From the NCBI GenBank assembly GCA_963714015.1, contig OY970223.1:1056001-1120000 (forward strand): a stretch of DNA of 64,000 nucleotides, in the 5' to 3' direction. Shown piece by piece: positions 48,112 to 58,977 of the stretch. The stretch comes from Vulcanimicrobiota bacterium (GTDB taxonomy: Bacteria > Vulcanimicrobiota > Vulcanimicrobiia > Vulcanimicrobiales > Vulcanimicrobiaceae). Made by a program: the position numbers and the translations under genes. Numbering within the stretch: the stretch's first letter is position 1; every line of letters starts with the position of its first letter. The notes beneath the pieces were generated by a model. That model did not search any database, was not told the origin of the DNA, and saw nothing but the letters and a program-made list of their open reading frames with translations.

Positions 48112-51100
48112 ATGGGCATTCGGCGCAGTTCGTACCGTTGGATCGCGCGGGCGATCGCGGCGGCTTGCTTTTCAGTACTATTCATCACGTTTTCGACTCT
48201 GCCGGCCTTTGCTTCGACGGTCGGCGTCATCAGCGGCGTCGTGACGGACGCGAGCACGGGAGCGCCGCTGTCCAACGTTTCGGTGGTGGCGCAGTCCCCC
48301 AGCGGCCGATATGGCGGCGCAACGGACGCGCACGGGTTTTACTCGCTGGCCGGAGTGCAGGCCGACACCTACAGCGTCAGCTTCAACAAGAGCGGCTATC
48401 AAGCGATCTCGATCGCGGGCGTGGGCGTGTTCGCGGATCAGACGCAAACCGTCTCGGCGAAACTCTGGAAAGAGCTGCGCACGATTGCGAGCGTGCGATC
48501 GTCTGCTGTCGGCAGCGCCTACCATCCGACCCAGACGACGGACACGTATACCGTCTCGGCGCCCCAGGTTCAGAACTTTCAAGGGACCGTATTCAATAGC
48601 GATGAGTCCAATCTCATAGCGTCCCTTCCCGGCGGCATGTACGACTCGAGCGGCTATCCGGTGATTCACGGCGGTCGCGAGTACGAGAACGATTTCGAGT
48701 TCGAAGGCATTCCGTATACCGACGCATACTCGAATCAGTTCGTAAACTCGCTCGCACAGCCGACGATCGGCGTGGCCGAGGTCGAGCTTACGCCCGGCGC
48801 GGGCAACGCGACCGTCTCGACCAACGGACAAGGCTCGTTCAACGTCGTGGCAAAGCGCGGAACGTATCCTTCATACTTCGATTTTGGAACGAACGTGCGC
48901 GGCGGCGGTGAATACGACCACGGCTTCATCATGGATTGGAGTCTGGGCGACACCGGACAGCCGGTTTTCAAACTACATGACGTTTCAAGGCGACAACCGC
49001 GTTCCGATCATGGACAGCCAAGGCTTGCCGCTGGCGTACGTCGGCGGTTTCGGTGACGACCGTCTGGATGTCAACCGCGAGTTTCTCGACAACTTCGTCT
49101 TCCGGTTCGGACCATCGAAGAATCAGTCGCTGCAGCTGTTCACCGATATTGCCCAGCACAATTTCTATACCGGGCAAGGCGGCTTGGGCAATCTATGCTT
49201 CATGACCTGCGATCCGGTGATCACGCAGGTCTATGGCGGCATCTGGGGCCTCTCACCCGCGCAGATGACTGCGATCACACCCATGATCGCCTATCAAAAC
49301 AGTCCGAACGAAACGCTCGCGGATGCGAACCGCGCGCCGACGACGTACTATCAGCCGAATCAAGCGTACAAGGCGGAGTACACGATCAATCTCAATCCCT
49401 CCACGTATCTCTCCGAGGAGTGGTATCGCGTCAACTCGACCACGATTTTCGACATCGCGAACACGCTCGGCAGCATCACGGGCGACGGCTACATCTATCA
49501 GGGCGGGCAAACAACGGGCAGCAGAACGGAGTTCACTAAACAGCTGAACCGCCAAAACCTGCTCCAGCTGGCCTTTGACTACAATTACATCAAGCCCGAC
49601 GATCAGTGGATTTCACCGACCTTCCAATACTTCGGAGCGCTGATCGGCACGTCGGATCAGTTCTCGCTTCCGTACGCGTTCGTCAATCCGAGCGATCCCA
49701 ACTGCCCGGTTGCCGATACGCCGACGGGCTATGACTATTGCGGATACGCGTACGGCGCGAACCCGAGCGCTTCGCAGGCTGCAGTTTCCTCCCTTCGACC
49801 AGATCGACACCGTAACGCGCGAAGACTACTCGCTTGGCATCAACGACAAAATCGATTTTACCGACAAATTCAAATTGGAACTTGGCCTGCGCGCCGATCA
49901 TGCGACCTATCTGATGCCCGCCCCCGGAGTCGATCCGGCGACCTGCACGACGGAGTATTTGCCGCAGACTTGGCTGCCCAATCCGGCATTCAAACCGATC
50001 GTCGATTCCAACGGCAATCCGACGGGCGCGACCTTCGGCAACGGCAACTGCCCTTACTCGGCGACGTACGGATTCAACAACGATTACTTCAAACCGACGA
50101 TCTGGCAGCCCCGAACGGGCCTCTCCTACGAACTGGATCCGAATACGGCCATTCGCGTTACGTATAACCGCAGCGTAACGTTCCCGCCAATCGCCACCGT
50201 AGCGTTCGGGCAGATCGATCCGTCGTTTTATGGGAATCCCTACGGCAAACTGCCGGCTTACAACCTCAACTTCAATGCATCGCCGGGCTGTGCGCCGGTG
50301 ACGGCGGCAAATCCCAACGGCGTTTGTGCGCCGGGCCTGGCAGGGCTGACGCCGGCACAGCGGATCCAAAATCAGACTCAGCACGAATTGCGGCATAAAC
50401 GCATCAGTCGGCAGCAACTCGCTGCTGGTCCCATGCGTTAACTTCGGCGAGCAGCTCTACTGGATCGCGCAGAACTTCGACGGGATTCCGTTCCAGCCGG
50501 TCAAGCCCGAAACCGCCAACAATTATCAGATCACGCTGCAGCACCAGTTTACGAAGGGCTGGCTCAACGGCGTCGCGATGAGCATCGCGCCATGGACGCG
50601 CCACCAGTACGATACGACGGCTCAGCAAGCGCAATTGATCCTCACGCCGAGCGGGCAGCCGCTGGTAGTGAACGGCCAGATCCAGCAGGGTCCAGCCGTT
50701 TTCAACAACAACGCGCACGAGTACGCATCCGGGATCGATCTCGACGTCACGCGAATCGAACCGTACGGACTCAGCGGACAATTGACGGCTTCCTACATCA
50801 ACGAATTCTCGAGCGTCATTCCGCTCAGCGGCTCCGAGGATTTCTATCCGAACATTCCGGCGCCGTCGATTCTGGCCGGGAACGTCTACCGCGTGGGCTT
50901 CCTTTCACCGTTCCAAGCGACGCTGGCTCTTTCGTACAAGACGCGCAGCGGGTGGACGTTCAATCCGCGGTACTATTACGACATCGGCTATCCGACGAGC
51001 ACCGGAACGCTGACCGCCGCAATCATCAACGGCGTGGCGCTCAACCTTCCCAATACCGATGCGGTCGTCGGAACCTCACCGAACGGCCCCGCCTTCTACG

Positions 51101-51507
51101 TCGATCCGCTCAATCCGGGATCGGTATTCAAGCCGAACGTCATCGGAAGTAACGGCACGTCCATGACCAGTTCGCCCGGCGGAAAGCTCTCGCCGCCGAA
51201 CGCCACAGCCGACTTTACGGTCACGTATTCACCGCCGCAGAGCCGCTGGACGATCGGCTTCAACGTGAACAACGTATTCAACGAGATCTATAACGGCGCG
51301 GTGTTCAACGACCGCTTGGCGCCGATCACGCAAGGCGTCAACGGCCCGCTTACGGGTTACTCGAGCAGTACCACGGATTACGCACCGAACGCGCCCTATG
51401 CATGGCCGCGATACGATCCGGGAATCGAATACGGCCAGCAGATGTACGTCGATTTCCCAAACACGATCCCGCGCAATTACTACTTCTTCATGCAAGTGAA
51501 GATCTGA
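48112..51507 (+). CDS. TonB-dependent receptor with carboxypeptidase-regulatory-like N-domain (three 1-nt frameshifts at about 48942, 49778 and 50376)
   Basis: RBS GGAGGAG, signal peptide, ISGVVTDASTGAPL, plug (SLPGG...IHGG...FEGIP), LGLRAD, WQPRTGLSY, VKPETANNY, NVNNVFN, C-terminal PRNYYFFMQVKI. Confidence 0.85.
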
Positions 51508-51514
51508 GGTGCAC

Positions 51515-52769
51515 ATGCGCAAACGATTGGCGTCACGTCGTATTAGCGCCGCAATTGCGGCGGCCTTTCTGGCCGGGTGTTCGACCAACGGCGCAACGAG
51601 CATTCCTTCCAGCGCGCAGGCGCCGCTGACGGGCTTCACCCTGCAAGTCGCCGTCGGTACCGCAATCATCGGCCAAGACGGAAACGCGCCGGCACTCAAC
51701 GTCGTTACGACATTCCGGCAGTCCGGCGGTTCCACCGCAGTGCTCATGGACGATCCGGCGCTCACCGGTCCGGCGGGATTCAAGGTTCCCGCGGGCGCGC
51801 GCGGAGCGTATTCGAATCCCGGCGCGTTTCCGAATATCGGCGGAAACGTCGATGCCGGCACCTCAACGATAAGCACGGCGCCGCAGGTGCCGCTCAACGT
51901 CAATCCGGTAAACACGACGCTCGGAACGTTTACCGGCGCCTTCAGTTACGGATTCGGACCGTTTAATTCGGACAATGTCATGACGTCGGTCGGCGCGTAC
52001 ATGCCGGGCAATCCGAACCAGACGCCGGGCAACGGATTTTTGTCTTCGATCTATGCCGGTTCTTCCGTCATAGCACTCTCGCAGAACACTACGTTTGATG
52101 CCACGCAGCCGCTGCCGTTCTACGGCACGAATCTCATGGACTATCTCGGCGGTCCGCCGGCTTATCCGTTCTTCAAAGACGGCACGTTCCCCGGAACGTT
52201 TGCGGGCTATTCACAAGGCTTTTATCTCTTTGAAACCCCGCCGGTTGCCGGTAGCTACGATCTGTCGGTAAAGATCCCGGCCGTGAATGCTGCGGTCCAG
52301 ACGTACAAAGCATCCGCTACGCTCAAGAGCGCGGCTTCGCCTTTTGGCGGACCGCTCACGGTGGGCGGAATAATCGAAGACGGCAAAGGCGGTTTGAGCG
52401 GAACGGTGACGATCCCGTCGGGCGTTACCGAGGCCATGGTCTACATCGTCGACGCTACCGCAGGGTTGTTCTACACCGTCGGTCCGATCAAAGCAACGGG
52501 AACGCAGAGCTGGACGCTTCCAGACTTTCTTGGACCGTGCAACGGAACCGGATGTCAAAACAGTGCGTCCACGCAAACGGCTTCGATCGCTCCCGGAACC
52601 GTCCGGGCCGAATACGGGCGACGCCTACTTTGTAACGGCCGTAGGCTACGATTATCCGGCGTTCGAAGCGGGGCCCCCGGGCAATACTTCGACCGCACCG
52701 GTCATCACCGGCGCGAACGGCCAGGCAGATTTGATTACGGCCGCGATAACGGGGCCAAACAGCTACTAG
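51515..52769 (+). CDS. Large lipoprotein partner of the TonB-dependent receptor (frameshift at about 52600)
   Basis: Lipobox LAGC; Gly/Pro/Thr-rich beta protein; the C-terminus continues in ORF 52530-52769. Confidence 0.75.
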
Positions 52770-52771
52770 TC

Positions 52772-53962
52772 CTAAACGGAGACTGCTTGGCGTAAGGTCA
52801 GGTATTCGTCGTCGGCGGGGATCGTGTGATAGTTCGCCATCGATGCAATGAGTGCGGCGATACGGCGGGAGCTGCGTTTAGGCGCCACGAGCTCTTGGTT
52901 GCGCCGCATGTTTTCGAGGAGACCCGGATTCTTCACGAGACGCTCGACCGCGCGGCGTACTTCCGCGGCGCTGCTCAGTGCGACTAGGCCGATGCCGTTG
53001 CTGCGAACGAATTCGACGTTGCCGCGTTCCTGACCCGGAACGTAGTCATACACGACGAGGGGAAGCTGCGCGGCGTTGGCTTCGGCAAGCGAGCCGGGTC
53101 CCGCTTTGGTGACGAGCAGATCCGCTGCGCGCATCAGCTCCGGAATCTTGTCCGTAAAGCCGAGCGGAGTCATCGGCGTAGGCAGCGTGGGCGCCAAGTC
53201 TTCCAATTTCATCCGCAGCGCCTCGTTGCGTCCGCACACGACGACCAGATGAATCGGTAAGCGAGATTTCGCGAGCGCCATCGTCGTGGTCATTAATTTG
53301 CCGCCGCCCTCACCTCCCGCCATCAGCAGCGCAACGAACGTCTGTTGGGGCAATCCCAGACTGCGGCGCAGATCTTCCTTGCTCCCGACGACGTCGTCGA
53401 ATTTCGGATGGATGGGCTGTCCCAGCATGCGCAGGCGTGACGGAAGGACGCCTCGTGAAAGTGCGCGTTCGTAGACTTCGCGCGCCGGCACGACGACCGC
53501 GTCCGCTTCCGGCGTCAGCCACGATTCGTGCACCTTGCCTAGGTCGGTGATCACCGTGATGATCGGAATCCGCTGCATTTTGGCGTCGGCCCGCGCGCGT
53601 AAGGCAGCGTGGTTGAGCAGCGGGTGGACCGAAACGATGACGTCGGGGCGATAGTTCGTGAAGAGGTCGCGCAGGCGTTCGCGATAGAGGGGCTCGCAAA
53701 AACGCACCAATGCCTTGTAGCGGCGGCGGCCGTTCGTCGCATAGTAGAGCGCGCCGTAAACCGGCGGCGCGTAGCGCAGGGCCGTGGAGTATCCCCAACC
53801 GAGTTGGGTGAGCGGAAAAGAGCAGTGCGCTGCGACGTCGTCTATGCGGTGCTCGAACGAACTGGGCTCTTTGATCTCATCCAGCGCGGCCGTAATCGCG
53901 TTGGCCGCACTGCGGTGCCCGCCCCCGGTGTCGGAGATCAGAAAGAGCGCTCGTTTGGTCAA
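52772..53962 (-). CDS. MGDG synthase/UgtP-like diacylglycerol glycosyltransferase (GT28)
   Basis: DTGGGHRSAA, PDVIVSVHP, VITD, TKAGPG, PGQERGN. Confidence 0.88.
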   Translation of the reverse strand: MTKRALFLISDTGGGHRSAANAITAALDEIKEPSSFEHRIDDVAAHCSFPLTQLGWGYSTALRYAPPVYGALYYATNGRRRYKALVRFCEPLYRERLRDLFTNYRPDVIVSVHPLLNHAALRARADAKMQRIPIITVITDLGKVHESWLTPEADAVVVPAREVYERALSRGVLPSRLRMLGQPIHPKFDDVVGSKEDLRRSLGLPQQTFVALLMAGGEGGGKLMTTTMALAKSRLPIHLVVVCGRNEALRMKLEDLAPTLPTPMTPLGFTDKIPELMRAADLLVTKAGPGSLAEANAAQLPLVVYDYVPGQERGNVEFVRSNGIGLVALSSAAEVRRAVERLVKNPGLLENMRRNQELVAPKRSSRRIAALIASMANYHTIPADDEYLTLRQAVSV

Positions 53963-54494
53963 ATCCGTACCTCGATGCCGGTCCTCGCCCGACTTGCTGG
54001 GGGCGCAGCCACCGTTTGATTATGCCCCGCGTCGGGGCGAGTTTGGTCAAAAGTGCCCGAGCAGGGGCGTCATAAAACCGGAAAATGTCGCCAAACTCAA
54101 CGTCGGGGTTTCGGTGGTGGCCGTCGTGGTCCTCGGGCAGCACGATCGCCAGCGGACGCAAGAGAGCGCTCACCCACTTCGGAGTCTTCCACCCCAAGTC
54201 CGTCGTATGTCGCCACCAAACGTGAAGTTGTCCCAGCGCGAGACCCGCCAAAGCACCCTGCCAAGACATGCGCCAAACAAGAGCTGCTGCAATCAGATAC
54301 GGCAACGCCCCGAGCAGGCCGTCGAGCAAGACGCAAGGATCCATCGAGAGCACGGCATGATCCCAAAACGGCCTGCGCCGATCGTGATGCGTGCGCAAAT
54401 GAAGCGTGAACCATAGGTGCTGCGGTAGGTGATAGAAGAACGTCGAGCCGAAGTCGCCTGCCGCGAGGACGATCAACGCTGCGAGTAAGGGCAT
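53877..54494 (-). CDS. Fatty acid hydroxylase/sterol desaturase family protein
   Basis: His boxes HLPQH, HLRTHH, HVWWRH and HDGHH. Confidence 0.78.
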   Translation of the reverse strand: MPLLAALIVLAAGDFGSTFFYHLPQHLWFTLHLRTHHDRRRPFWDHAVLSMDPCVLLDGLLGALPYLIAAALVWRMSWQGALAGLALGQLHVWWRHTTDLGWKTPKWVSALLRPLAIVLPEDHDGHHRNPDVEFGDIFRFYDAPARALLTKLAPTRGIIKRWLRPQQVGRGPASRYGFDQTSALSDLRHRGRAPQCGQRDYGRAG

Positions 54495-54514
54495 TCGCTA
54501 TTTTCTTTCTCGGT

Positions 54515-55163
54515 TTGTGCGCGTGTACGCCGGTAACTTACCGCCACAACAATACCACGGTGTACATACCCTACGTCGTTAACGCTGCCTTAAGCTGGCA
54601 TTCGCCAGGCTATGCGGATGTGATTGCGGGTATGCGCCTTTTGCGCGACGGACCTCCGACCGCGAGCGTTACTCTTGCAATCACGCGCGCCATCCTGCAT
54701 ACGAACCCGCGAATTGCGCCTACGGATGCGCTGCAGCTCTGCAGCTGCCGCGGTGCGCGCGGCGCGCGCAAATGCGCTGCCGCCGGAGTTTCTCGCCGCG
54801 GCGCTGCTGCAGGAGTCCGCATTCGATCCTTGGGCCATCTCGTCCGCCGGAGCAGTGGGCATCGCGCAATTCATGCCGTACACTGCCGCCGGTGAGGCGG
54901 TGAATCCGTTCGATCCATTTTCGTCAATCGACGGCGCGGCGCGGCTGCTCTCGTCTTACCTGATCGCTTATTCCGGAGTGTACGCGAACCCGTACGCGGC
55001 CGCACTGGCGGCATACAATGCCGGTCCCGGTGCGGTGCAAGCATATGGCGGCGTGCCTCCGTACCCTGAAACGCGCGCGTACATTGCCGACATCGTCGAC
55101 CGGTGGGCCCAGATCGCCGGTTACGAGCGCCCCGCGCGGGAAATGGATGCATCCGGCGAATGA
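54515..55163 (+). CDS. Lytic transglycosylase (SLT), probably a lipoprotein (frameshift at about 54740)
   Basis: QESAF, SSAGAVGIAQFMP, AAYNAGPG, PYPETRAY; upstream in-frame FAIFFLGLCAC looks like a lipobox, so the start may be slightly earlier. Confidence 0.82.
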
Positions 55164-55170
55164 CGTGCGG

Positions 55171-55671
55171 ATGAACGTGCGATCTCGTTTGACAAGCGCG
55201 ATCCTTTGCGCTTTGACGCTCTCGAGCTGCGGAAGCCCGGCGGCGGATATCAACTTTGCTGCGCCCGGCGCCGGCTGGACCGCCACGCCGGCGATTTTAG
55301 GGCGCACGCAGATCTGGATGAAGAACGAGCCCAATTCCAACACTCACGATTCGCTGGTCATCCTCGTGCGCGGCGTAGGACAAAGCCAGAACTTTCTCAA
55401 TAGCCCGGGCGTGAGCTCCACCGGATCGCGAATTCTCAAACAACGGCAGACGAAAATTTGCGGCAATCAGCCCGCCGAGTACGTGCTCGCAACCGGAAAG
55501 TACAACGGCGTGGCTTCGGGCGGCTCGACCGGAAAGCCGGCGACGTTCGAAGCGTACCTCTCGACGGTGCGTGACGTGCGGTACATGGCGATTTACATTC
55601 ATCCGCAAAATCAGCCTGCGGACGAGCAGGCCGAGACGGCGATCCGATCCCTCTGTCCTAAAACCTCGTAG
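55171..55671 (+). CDS. Lipoprotein of unknown function
   Basis: Lipobox LSSC; two further Cys residues. Confidence 0.65.
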   Translation: MNVRSRLTSAILCALTLSSCGSPAADINFAAPGAGWTATPAILGRTQIWMKNEPNSNTHDSLVILVRGVGQSQNFLNSPGVSSTGSRILKQRQTKICGNQPAEYVLATGKYNGVASGGSTGKPATFEAYLSTVRDVRYMAIYIHPQNQPADEQAETAIRSLCPKTS

Positions 55672-55678
55672 TTTCCCA

Positions 55679-57085
55679 GTGGCGAGCATTCTTCGGCGGC
55701 TGATCGCGCGCCAGCCGCTCGAGTGGACGCTGCCCGAAGACGAAGGGCCCAAACTGCGGCGCGCGCTGGGCTGGCCCGGACTCACGGCAATCGGTCTGGG
55801 CACGATGCTCGGGGGAATCTTTCCGACGATCGGCGCGGGTGCGCATGCGGCCGGCCCCGGCGTGGTGCTCGCATTCGTGCTCTCGGGAGTCGTGAGTTTA
55901 TTCGTTGCGCTCTGCTACGCTGAATTCGCATCGATGGTTCCCGTTGCGGGCAGCGCGTACACGTACGCTTACGCGACGCTCGGTGAATTGGTTGCGTGGA
56001 TCATCGGCTGGGATTTAATCCTCGAATACGGCTTGTCCGTTGCGCCTACCGCCTCGTCGTGGTCCGATTACCTGCAGCACCTGCTCGCGAACGCGGGAGT
56101 CTATCTGCCGGTGCAGATGCAAACCGCACATTTGCTCGGAGCGCATCCGCAGTTCGATCTCCTCGCGGCGCTCTTCTCGCTCGCGGTCGCCGTACTGGTC
56201 GCAATCGGAATTCGTGAATCGGCGAACGTGAACGGCGCGCTCGTCGTCTTTCAAATTGCGACCATGCTGACGTTCTTTGCGGCGGTAGGCGGGTCCGTGC
56301 ATCCGGCAAATCTGCATCCGTTCGCCCCGTTTGGATGGAACGGCATCCTTGCGAGCACCGCGCTCGTGTTCTTTGCCTATATCGGCTTCGATACAGTCAC
56401 AGTGGCTTCTGAAGAGGCGGTGAATCCGGTCCGCGACGTGCCCATCGGAATCATGCTGGCACTGGCAATCGGCGCTCTGCTCTACGGTGCGCTCGCGTAC
56501 GTAACTGTGGGCACGGTTCCGTATGCAAGGTTGAGTGAAGGCGCCGCCATGCTCGACGCGGTTGGTGCTTCCCATGCAAGTCGCGCAATTTATTGGATCG
56601 TCGCGCTGGGCGGTCTGGCCGGCAATACGACCGTGATGGTGACGTCGCTGCTCGGCCAAATTCGAATCTTTTACGTAATGGCGCGCGACCGAATGCTGCC
56701 GCCGGGTATCGCCCGCGTTCATCCGCGATTCCGCACGCCCGCTCGCATGACGATGATCACCGGTGTTATCGTGGCAGCGTTGGCCGCGGTCTTGCCGCTT
56801 TCGGCGCTGCTGGAATTGGTGAACATCGGCACGCTGGCGGCCTTTGCGATCGTCTGCGCAGGCGTACTCGTGCTGCGCATCGTCGAGCCGCATGCCAAGC
56901 GCCCGTTCCGCGCACCGCTGGGCCCGGTGATAACGGTTCTAGGCGCCGCCGCGTGCTGCTACTTGATATCGGGGCTTTCGCACGTCACCTGGATACGCTT
57001 CGTCGTTTGGTTTGTTATCGGAGTGATTGTGTACGCGGCGTACGGATATCACCGGTCACGTCTGCGCGCACTGGCTGCCGGCTGA
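55679..57085 (+). CDS. APC family amino acid permease
   Basis: GTMLGGIF, AGSAYTY, FFAYIGFD; paralog of 19100-20641. Confidence 0.92.
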   Translation: MASILRRLIARQPLEWTLPEDEGPKLRRALGWPGLTAIGLGTMLGGIFPTIGAGAHAAGPGVVLAFVLSGVVSLFVALCYAEFASMVPVAGSAYTYAYATLGELVAWIIGWDLILEYGLSVAPTASSWSDYLQHLLANAGVYLPVQMQTAHLLGAHPQFDLLAALFSLAVAVLVAIGIRESANVNGALVVFQIATMLTFFAAVGGSVHPANLHPFAPFGWNGILASTALVFFAYIGFDTVTVASEEAVNPVRDVPIGIMLALAIGALLYGALAYVTVGTVPYARLSEGAAMLDAVGASHASRAIYWIVALGGLAGNTTVMVTSLLGQIRIFYVMARDRMLPPGIARVHPRFRTPARMTMITGVIVAALAAVLPLSALLELVNIGTLAAFAIVCAGVLVLRIVEPHAKRPFRAPLGPVITVLGAAACCYLISGLSHVTWIRFVVWFVIGVIVYAAYGYHRSRLRALAAG

Positions 57086-57842
57086 AGATGTCCTTGAGGA
57101 ACATTCGCACCAGGTCCCACGAATCGGCGACGGCATGTGCGATCGCTTCGTCCGAGTAGCGATGGTGTTCGACCACGGCTTCAGGGCGTCCGTGCCGGAA
57201 GAATGAATGTCCGACTTGCGGATAAATCTGCATCCGGAATTCCGCGCCGGCGTTTTGCAGAGCCGTTTCCATGCGCCCCATATCGAAACGTGAGACGTAG
57301 TAGTCCTGTTCGCCGAAAACGAGCAGCAGCGGGATTTTTAGGTCTGCCGCGCGCTCTATCGGTGCTTCGCCGCCGGCCGGCAGCGGCGCCATGACGTTGC
57401 CCGGATAGAAACAGATCGCTCCGCTCAATTCCGTGACATCACCCGCGACGAATGCGCCGGTGGCGCCGAACCCAAATCCCCACGTCGCATACTTTCCCGG
57501 CCGCACGAACGGCTGCTGTGAAAGCCAGTCGATCGCAGCACGGACGTCCGCACTCATATTCGCGCCTGTAACGTTCGCCGCTGCGGCGAAGGCTCTCGCG
57601 CTGCCTTCTTCCGTGTAGGATTCACTCAAGCTTGGGTTCGTGCGATGGTAGTAATCGATGGCTAGTCCCACGTAACCGATCGAGGCCAAAAGATCGGTCA
57701 CTCGCCGAACCTCGGGCGTCAAACCGAAGACCTCCTGAAGGACGATGACTGCGGGATGCGATCCCGAGTCCTCTTCGGGCCTGGCTACATACCCCGCCAT
57801 CTGCGTTCCATCAACGGAAATAGAGACATCCCGGCCGATCAT
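57015..57842 (-). CDS. Dienelactone hydrolase family protein lacking the nucleophile Cys
   Basis: VLQEVFG, WGFGFG in place of GFCxG, EQDYYV and VGHSF. Confidence 0.8.
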   Translation of the reverse strand: MIGRDVSISVDGTQMAGYVARPEEDSGSHPAVIVLQEVFGLTPEVRRVTDLLASIGYVGLAIDYYHRTNPSLSESYTEEGSARAFAAAANVTGANMSADVRAAIDWLSQQPFVRPGKYATWGFGFGATGAFVAGDVTELSGAICFYPGNVMAPLPAGGEAPIERAADLKIPLLLVFGEQDYYVSRFDMGRMETALQNAGAEFRMQIYPQVGHSFFRHGRPEAVVEHHRYSDEAIAHAVADSWDLVRMFLKDIFSRQPVRADVTGDIRTPRTQSLR

Positions 57843-57949
57843 GATTTGGCCCTCCCGCGTGGAATATACCCCGCCCCGGGGGCGGCCTAGCATCCCCGGC
57901 GCCGTCGGGCGGTGTTCTGGGTAAGAGCCCGCCAAGGAGTCGCTAACAA

Positions 57950-58948
57950 ATGAGCGCGATTACGCTTAGCCCGTCGAAACGCCTCGAGATTATCGCCGGG
58001 CCCAAACCGCAGGCGGTCGCGACGTTTTCGAGCGACGTCCGCGCCGGGTTGACCGCTTCGCCGAAGCGCTTACCCTCGAAGTACTTCTACGACGGATTGG
58101 GGTCGGCGCTGTTCGACGCCATCACGCTGCTGCCCGAGTACTATTTGACGCGCGCCGAGACGCAGATCTTGCGCGAGTGGGGCTGGGAGATGGTGCGGGC
58201 ACTCGGCAATCCGGTCGAGTTCGTCGAACTGGGCAGCGGCAGCGCCGTCAAAACCCGGATCTTAATCGAAGAAGCCCTGCGCGTGCAGCGCAGTTTGCGG
58301 TATTCGCCCATCGACATCTCGCCTGAAGCGTTGCGCGCATCGGCGCAGTCCCTCGTCGAAAGCTACGAGACGTTGACGGTCTCGGCCTACGCAGCGGACT
58401 ATTTCTCCATTTTGGCGGATGGGATGCTCAAGCGCAGCGGCCGCGTTCTGGCGATGTTCATGGGATCCAACATCGGCAATTACGAACCGCGTGAAGCCCG
58501 CGACTTGCTGCGCGCCATCGCCGCATGGCTCAAAAAAGGCGACGGCCTGCTGGTCGGCATGGATTTGAAGAAAGATCCGGCCGCGCTCAAAGTGGCATAC
58601 GACGATCCCACCGGCGTCACGTCGGCGTTCAACAAGAACTTGCTCGGGCGGATCAACCGCGAGCTCGGCGGCCGGTTCGATCTCGACGACTTCCGGCACG
58701 TGGTCAATTACGACAAAAACTCGGGGTGCGTGCGATCGGACCTGCAGGCACAGCGCGCCCACAGCGTTCGCATCGAAACGCTCGATCTAACTGTTCCGTT
58801 TCGCAAAGGCGAACGGGTCCATACGGAGTCGTCGTACAAGTTCTCGGCCGAAGATATCGCTGCGCTGGCCGACGATTGCGGTCTCACCCTGACGCGCTCG
58901 TGGGTTGACGCGCAGAAGCGCTTTAGCGTCAATCTACTCCTGCGTTAA
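57950..58948 (+). CDS. egtD: L-histidine N-alpha-trimethyltransferase (EgtD/Methyltransf_33)
   Basis: PKRLPSKYFYD.GS.LF..IT.LPEYY.TR, ELGSG, GSNIGN, YDDPTGVT, TESSYK. Confidence 0.9.
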   Translation: MSAITLSPSKRLEIIAGPKPQAVATFSSDVRAGLTASPKRLPSKYFYDGLGSALFDAITLLPEYYLTRAETQILREWGWEMVRALGNPVEFVELGSGSAVKTRILIEEALRVQRSLRYSPIDISPEALRASAQSLVESYETLTVSAYAADYFSILADGMLKRSGRVLAMFMGSNIGNYEPREARDLLRAIAAWLKKGDGLLVGMDLKKDPAALKVAYDDPTGVTSAFNKNLLGRINRELGGRFDLDDFRHVVNYDKNSGCVRSDLQAQRAHSVRIETLDLTVPFRKGERVHTESSYKFSAEDIAALADDCGLTLTRSWVDAQKRFSVNLLLR

Positions 58949-58977
58949 GCCGCCCTTACGTCCTTGGAGGTAACCAT

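Noticed and set aside
48112..51507. TonB-dependent receptor as a pseudogene
   Set aside because: All three breaks are single-base insertions within AGCT, and the corrected frame appears open to a normal C-terminus.
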